Of a stretch of DNA of 64,000 bases, positions 59,021-64,000 are shown in pieces; positions within the stretch are counted from its first letter, which is position 1; every line of letters begins with the position of its first letter. A model generated the notes under the pieces. The model saw only the letters and a list, made by a program, of their open reading frames with translations. It searched no databases and had not been told where the DNA came from. The stretch lies in IMG/VR virus record IMGVR_UViG_3300044723_007864; one strand, 5' to 3'. A program made the translations under genes and the position numbers. The stretch comes from an uncultured virus (IMG/VR IMGVR_UViG_3300044723_007864) (lineage: Duplodnaviria; Heunggongvirae; Uroviricota; Caudoviricetes).

Positions 59021-60094
59021 ATGAGTCATATAAACAACAACATAAAAAACCATGTGTCAGTGCTGTGTTCGAACATATACGCAGCTACTTATATGGGTGT
59101 GTTAAACAAATTGCTTGTGTATACGACTTTAAATGAAGCAAACCGGTATGGTTTATTACCGGAATTACGAAAACACTACCTCGAAGCTGAGCAATACACA
59201 CAAAACGTTGATGAATTATTAATCAAACTGTTTGATGATGATAAAGATCACGTTTCTTACTTGTTAAACTCATCAAACAAATACGAGTCACAATATTTAA
59301 CCACTGTAGGTACTGGTGATACACAACATACACATATAAAATGTTACGATCATGCGTTTAATTTGTATTGTTGCGTGGTAAAATCTCCAGATTTTAAAAA
59401 AGCATATCAAATAATACAATCAGCTAGTAGTGATTGTGTGATACAACAAACTATTGATGCGTTTGACGCATATTTTGGAGATTCCGAGAGAATATCCACA
59501 AAAAACAACCAATCTCTAACAGCATGGATAACTTCAAGCTTTCCTGGAGGTGGGGAATCCACCACATTGACATCTCTTGTAAATGCCGGTGAAAATACTG
59601 TTGTGTGTAGTGAGCAATCGATAATATCTTCAACCACAACACAAATAACAGGTGCTAGTGACGATAAAACAGCAAGTAAATCCGCTAAATCTACCTTTCC
59701 CGGAGGATCCGCAAGATTAACTACCAATAGCTCGGGTGAACAGTTTGAAAAAAACAATTCACCGTATTATCAATCTTTATCAACTGCAGCTACAATGTAC
59801 ACAACGCTGATGATGTCAAATGTCAACGATGTTGTGTTTTCTGACACGATATCACACACACGTATAAATAACACATTGAAGCAACTCGAGACGGATTGTG
59901 ATGCTATTGAAAAAATCGCTTTATTGTTCACTGTAGGTGTGAGATCACTCGATCACGTGTTCACAGAACAGGACAGCATAAAATTATACAATAGATTTTT
60001 ACTCACACAAATTGGTAACAGGGGTATTGTTACTGATAATAACAACAAAGCGATAACAAGAGACAAACCAACCGATGAAACAGCTACAAACTAG
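59021..60094 (+). CDS. Hypothetical protein
   Basis: 357-aa ORF; internal duplicated S(S/T)FPGG motif. Confidence 0.6.
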   Translation: MSHINNNIKNHVSVLCSNIYAATYMGVLNKLLVYTTLNEANRYGLLPELRKHYLEAEQYTQNVDELLIKLFDDDKDHVSYLLNSSNKYESQYLTTVGTGDTQHTHIKCYDHAFNLYCCVVKSPDFKKAYQIIQSASSDCVIQQTIDAFDAYFGDSERISTKNNQSLTAWITSSFPGGGESTTLTSLVNAGENTVVCSEQSIISSTTTQITGASDDKTASKSAKSTFPGGSARLTTNSSGEQFEKNNSPYYQSLSTAATMYTTLMMSNVNDVVFSDTISHTRINNTLKQLETDCDAIEKIALLFTVGVRSLDHVFTEQDSIKLYNRFLLTQIGNRGIVTDNNNKAITRDKPTDETATN

Positions 60095-60863
60095 AACAGT
60101 AAAAGCAGACGACGCCACCGGTCAACTGAAAGAGACTCAAGAATGGCTTGACACACACGTGCTTACCGATCTCAGCAATCGTGTAATACCTGAAAAATCA
60201 GTTATTAAAGATGTGGACCCTGTAACAACAGATGGTCCTTGGTATATATTGTATTGGTTAGATCAGTATCACTACCTGCATCCGAGGATAAAAGAAAGAA
60301 TACAACAAACGAACCCGAAGCCTGATTATTTTAAGGACTTTAGTGACTCAATCGCATGTTTATTAGGTATTGAGTTTATAAAAGATAATTCAGTCATACC
60401 AGTATCTGATATAGCTAATAATATATCTGGATACACATATAATCGGGTGCTTGATTTTATACAAACTCGGCATAGCAAAGAACTACATCATGAATTGAGT
60501 GTTAAAACATCAAACATATTTAAATTTAACATGCTGAGTATAAAGGATGACGATTTAATACCAGATAAATTGAGCACCGACTCTCATGGAAAAAATCTAA
60601 TAACAGATTCTGCACACTACACACGAATGGCTGCTATAATTTCTGATCTTGAGGCTTTGATCGCGAGCAAAATTGGTGATTTGTATAGAGTGTTAAAATT
60701 TATTCAAGATAATGTAGATCATGTGGAGTTTATCAAGTGGCGCGGACAATTCGCAACAGAATATAGCTACCGACATGTTGATATAAACGGTAATTTGATA
60801 TCAAACCGGGACAATTCTATAGATATTGGCAGGTTAGATGGTCAGAATTTACCGGTTAATTAA
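60075..60863 (+). CDS. Hypothetical protein
   Basis: 262-aa ORF in operon. Confidence 0.6.
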   Translation: MKQLQTRTVKADDATGQLKETQEWLDTHVLTDLSNRVIPEKSVIKDVDPVTTDGPWYILYWLDQYHYLHPRIKERIQQTNPKPDYFKDFSDSIACLLGIEFIKDNSVIPVSDIANNISGYTYNRVLDFIQTRHSKELHHELSVKTSNIFKFNMLSIKDDDLIPDKLSTDSHGKNLITDSAHYTRMAAIISDLEALIASKIGDLYRVLKFIQDNVDHVEFIKWRGQFATEYSYRHVDINGNLISNRDNSIDIGRLDGQNLPVN

Positions 60864-61321
60864 TCTTCTTCTGGTTGCACATCGATCACGTCCGCTTTTT
60901 TGAAAAGTTTGTTAACTATTTCTTCTCTACTAGCAATAATTTTTGCCGTGTCAGCTGCTTTCTCAGCTATTTGCTGACGTGAATCTATATCCATTTGTTT
61001 GGCGGTTAATGTTGTGAGTGTCCGCTTGTCTTGTATCAATATTTTGTTGAGAGCTTCAACTGTGTTTGTACTAGCTTTGAATAATTCGGACAGACTCGCA
61101 ACATCATCTGGCTCAGCTGCACCAGCTACACGTTCTTTCACTATTTCAATCATGTCTAAACTGTCTTGAACTAGTCTTCCCGAGGTATTTAAGATAAACT
61201 CTTCTAGTTGTTCCTTTGGTAATTTAAATTGTTTGTTACTTTTTAAAGCCTGGTTGTTAAAAGCATTATTGTCTTTCAATTGACCAAGTAAATCATCTAA
61301 AATATCATCTTCATCGCTCAT
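60860..61321 (-). CDS. Possible terminase small subunit (gp16-like)
   Basis: Helical 153-aa protein with AEPDDVASLSELFK and IIASREEI in the positions of gp16 motifs; TAAATA 6 nt upstream. Confidence 0.4.
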   Translation of the reverse strand: MSDEDDILDDLLGQLKDNNAFNNQALKSNKQFKLPKEQLEEFILNTSGRLVQDSLDMIEIVKERVAGAAEPDDVASLSELFKASTNTVEALNKILIQDKRTLTTLTAKQMDIDSRQQIAEKAADTAKIIASREEIVNKLFKKADVIDVQPEED

Positions 61322-61334
61322 ATTAATTATTTAT

Positions 61335-61363
61335 TTGATTTCAATACAGTATTATACTATAAT
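61335..61363 (+). promoter_or_regulatory. Sigma70-type promoter TTGATT-N17-TATAAT
   Basis: ATG 61370 lies 6 nt after the -10 box. Confidence 0.7.
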
Positions 61364-61369
61364 AATATT

Positions 61370-61519
61370 ATGGTAACAATAACAATACAAGGTCATGGCA
61401 CTTTCACCATCCCCTCCGCTAAATTAAATGAATTGCTCAAGTGGTTGCGTGAAAATTCTGTAAATTTAGAGTCAGGGAACACACAAATCAGTGGAGATCA
61501 AGTGATCCTGAATGGATAA
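61370..61519 (+). CDS. 49-aa hypothetical protein (MVTITIQGHGTFTIPSAKLNELLKWLRENSVNLESGNTQISGDQVILNG)
   Basis: Read manually; promoter directly upstream; overlaps the dUTPase start. Confidence 0.6.
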   Translation: MVTITIQGHGTFTIPSAKLNELLKWLRENSVNLESGNTQISGDQVILNG

Positions 61520-62102
61520 TAATGATATGCATGCAAAATTTTTAAAAACACACGAAGATGCAGTGCTACCAACTGCAAACAACAAGACTTCTTTGACTGG
61601 TGATTCTGGATATGATTTATACGCGGTTGAGGATGTAAATATTCAGTCTTATAGTTCAGCTACAGTACCAGTTGGATTGACACTTGCCGACATGACACCT
61701 GGCTACTGGATAAGAATTGAACCACGAAGCGGTTTAGGTTTCAAGCATAATATACAACCGCATTTAGGTGTGATTGATAATGGATACAGGGGAGATCTAG
61801 CGGTTAAACTATATAATTTTGGAGAGGGTGATTATTCAGTAAAAAAAGGTGCTAAAATTGCTCAGCTTGTGTTTTACCCCTTAATCCAACCAGAGATCTC
61901 GTTTGCAGATCAAGTGACGCAAACCGATAGAGGTGACAATGGATTCGGTAGTTCGGATGCTGTCGCTACGTCTGAGCATATGACAATACCTCCAAAACCT
62001 GCTGATTTGAATTTTAAAAATATTGAGGAGTTGCGTGAATTTGCTAAACAAACTAAAATGCCTTCCGTTGTATTCGATCAACTCCGGCGGTCGATCAAGT
62101 GA
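61512..62102 (+). CDS. dut: Trimeric dUTPase
   Basis: DSGYDL, PRSGLG, GVIDNGYRG, IAQLV, RGDNGFGSS. Confidence 0.94.
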   Translation: MDNNDMHAKFLKTHEDAVLPTANNKTSLTGDSGYDLYAVEDVNIQSYSSATVPVGLTLADMTPGYWIRIEPRSGLGFKHNIQPHLGVIDNGYRGDLAVKLYNFGEGDYSVKKGAKIAQLVFYPLIQPEISFADQVTQTDRGDNGFGSSDAVATSEHMTIPPKPADLNFKNIEELREFAKQTKMPSVVFDQLRRSIK

Positions 62103-63019
62103 AGCCATTCGAAAACTTATGGGTCGAGAAATACAGGCCCAAGACAGTTGATGATATAGTATTATCTCCTGAAAATCGGAGAATTGTTGATAAATTTATA
62201 TCAACACAAGATATACCACAGTTGTTATTCATCGGAAACGCCGGCATTGGAAAGACATCTCTAGCTAAAATTATCATAAATGATATTTTAAAATGTCAAT
62301 ATCTATATATAAATGCTAGTGATGAAAATGGTATAGAAACAATTAGGAGCAAAGTTACAAGTTTTAGCAAGACAAAAAGTTACGATGGTAGTGTGAAAGT
62401 GATAGTGCTAGATGAAGTAGACGGGCTCACGTTAGATGCACAGAGATGTTTGCGTAACACTATGGAAGAATACTGTGAGTTTACACGCTTCATATTAACA
62501 GCAAATTATAAACACAAGGTGATTCAAGCATTGCAAAGCAGATGTCAGTTGTTAGACCTCGTACCACCACTGGATATGTACATTGATCGGTGTTTATATG
62601 TCTTAAGCAACGAGAGTGTAACTTTGTCAGATGTAGACAAGGTAGATGTAAAGATTTGCTGTAAGCAATCCTATCCGGATTTGAGAAAAGCGATCAACGA
62701 GATACAATTGAGAGTGACTGCTGGTAAATGGTCACATAACACCACGCAGAATATCGATAATTTTGTTGAAGGTGTATATCAGGTTGTAAAAACCGGAAAA
62801 ACATTAAAACTTCGCAAACATATCATTGAGAATGAAACAAAGTTTAACAGCGATTACCCGGAATTATTAAAATCTTTATTTGATCATGTGCATCATGTTG
62901 ATATACCAGCGGATGTCAAAAGAAAACAATTATTAGTAATTGCCGAACACATTTATAGGTCAGCATTTGTTGCTGATCAAGAGATAAACTGTTATAGTTG
63001 TTTGCTCGCGTTAAATTAA
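62099..63019 (+). CDS. gp44: Clamp loader large subunit
   Basis: LWVEKYRP, GNAGIGKT, INASDENG, LDEVD, LQSRC. Confidence 0.94.
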   Translation: MKPFENLWVEKYRPKTVDDIVLSPENRRIVDKFISTQDIPQLLFIGNAGIGKTSLAKIIINDILKCQYLYINASDENGIETIRSKVTSFSKTKSYDGSVKVIVLDEVDGLTLDAQRCLRNTMEEYCEFTRFILTANYKHKVIQALQSRCQLLDLVPPLDMYIDRCLYVLSNESVTLSDVDKVDVKICCKQSYPDLRKAINEIQLRVTAGKWSHNTTQNIDNFVEGVYQVVKTGKTLKLRKHIIENETKFNSDYPELLKSLFDHVHHVDIPADVKRKQLLVIAEHIYRSAFVADQEINCYSCLLALN

Positions 63020-63576
63020 CGCATGTAAACCGCAGTAGTTATGTTATCAACACTATCTGCTGGTACACCGGGCGTGTCAGTTGTTGTTAATGATTTGTCT
63101 CCTTGATCAATTTTTGTACCAAAACCAGCATTGGTCTCATCTTGACCAACTTCCGGTACAAATTCTACAGGTTCGATGTGTGAGCGATCATCGGCTCTAA
63201 AACTATCAGGAATTGGTGCAAGATTTCCTTCCGTATCAACTACCGCAATCATGTTGATTGGTACAGTCATTAGATCTGTAAACAATCCCGGTGCTCTTTC
63301 GAGCGCTATATCGCAATAATAATCATCCACTTGCTGATCTTGCTGCACCCCACCTCCTGCCGCTGGTCGCTTGGCGAAAACAGAGGCGATACGTATGTTC
63401 AAATCTGTATCTAAAATTTCTTGTATCTTGTCTTTAATGGTGTTAGTCTGATTTTTCAACCACTCATGTTCGAGCACATTGTCAATAAATTTAACAACAT
63501 CTCCTGCTAGCACGCCACCGGCTTGAAATCGTTGAAAGTTGCTTTCGAATATTTTTGTAAATTTGTCCTGGTACAT
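63016..63576 (-). CDS. Hypothetical protein
   Basis: Start ATG 63576, 7 nt after TAAGTA; MYQDKFTKIFES leader. Confidence 0.6.
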   Translation of the reverse strand: MYQDKFTKIFESNFQRFQAGGVLAGDVVKFIDNVLEHEWLKNQTNTIKDKIQEILDTDLNIRIASVFAKRPAAGGGVQQDQQVDDYYCDIALERAPGLFTDLMTVPINMIAVVDTEGNLAPIPDSFRADDRSHIEPVEFVPEVGQDETNAGFGTKIDQGDKSLTTTDTPGVPADSVDNITTAVYMR

Positions 63577-63648
63577 TTGTAAATACTTATTATTTTTAAT
63601 GTAATTTACCAACATTTTAAATACAATGTTCAAGCATAAATACTTATA

Positions 63649-64000
63649 ATGCCTACAATCACACTAGATAGCTTCTCAAAAACAAGAACCGCGGAGTCAT
63701 ACACATACACTGATTTGCATCTTGATCTCAAAGAAAATAACATATTAACAGGTAAAGGATTGTACCGAGAACCGACATCTGTAGATATTGAACATGACTA
63801 CGATGAAGCCGCGATTAAAAACTCTCTTAAAAATTTGTTCACAACCATGCCAGGTCAGAAACTTCTCAATCCGGATTATGGTCTGAATTTAGCGCAGTTT
63901 CTTTTTGCACCAGCAAGTACCACCATGGCTAGAATGATTGGTAGTCGTATTGTCGAAGGCATTGAGAAATATGAAAACCGCGTGTCTGTTGTGAATGTAA
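63649..64000 (+). CDS. gp25: Baseplate wedge subunit, runs off the window
   Basis: Manual translation MPTITLDSF...YTDLHLDL...DEAAIKNSLKNLFTTMPGQKLLNPDYG...IEKYENRV; TAAATA 6 nt upstream. Confidence 0.85.
   Translation, partial: MPTITLDSFSKTRTAESYTYTDLHLDLKENNILTGKGLYREPTSVDIEHDYDEAAIKNSLKNLFTTMPGQKLLNPDYGLNLAQFLFAPASTTMARMIGSRIVEGIEKYENRVSVVNV

Noticed and set aside
1..64000. Stop-codon reassignment
   Set aside because: Core genes are full length in the standard code, and TAA, TGA and TAG all end genes at sensible positions
1..64000. tRNA or other structured RNA genes
   Set aside because: Intergenic gaps are mostly very short and occupied by promoters, and no cloverleaf was seen; a covariance search was not possible

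Overview
This is a 64-kb, AT-rich, densely coding segment of a large T4-like myovirus genome read in the standard genetic code. It contains most of the T4-type replication/recombination core: uvsY, uvsW, gp55 late sigma, gp47/gp46, gp43 polymerase, uvsX, gp41, gp32, gp45, RNase H, gp61, gp44 and dUTPase. A morphogenesis block covers gp14, gp17, gp3-like, gp18, gp19, baseplate/tape-measure genes, gp53 and gp25. It also has a sugar-modification cluster, phoH and a histone H1-like small protein missed by the ORF track. Three things stand out. (1) A 7-deazaguanine pathway (folE, queD, queE, queC plus a standalone class II amidotransferase) has no DpdA/TGT in the window; instead queE is translationally coupled to a purine phosphoribosyltransferase and a P-loop kinase-like gene, suggesting a pre-replicative, nucleotide-pool route to modified DNA. 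(2) About 19 orphan proteins, mostly late-promoter driven and some with enzyme motifs, share a T4 internal-protein-like N-terminal leader. (3) Both sigma70-type and late promoters sit so close to start codons that most mRNAs would be leaderless. No tRNA, rRNA, CRISPR array, intron or intein was recognised. All annotations come from motif recognition by eye; no database searches were run.
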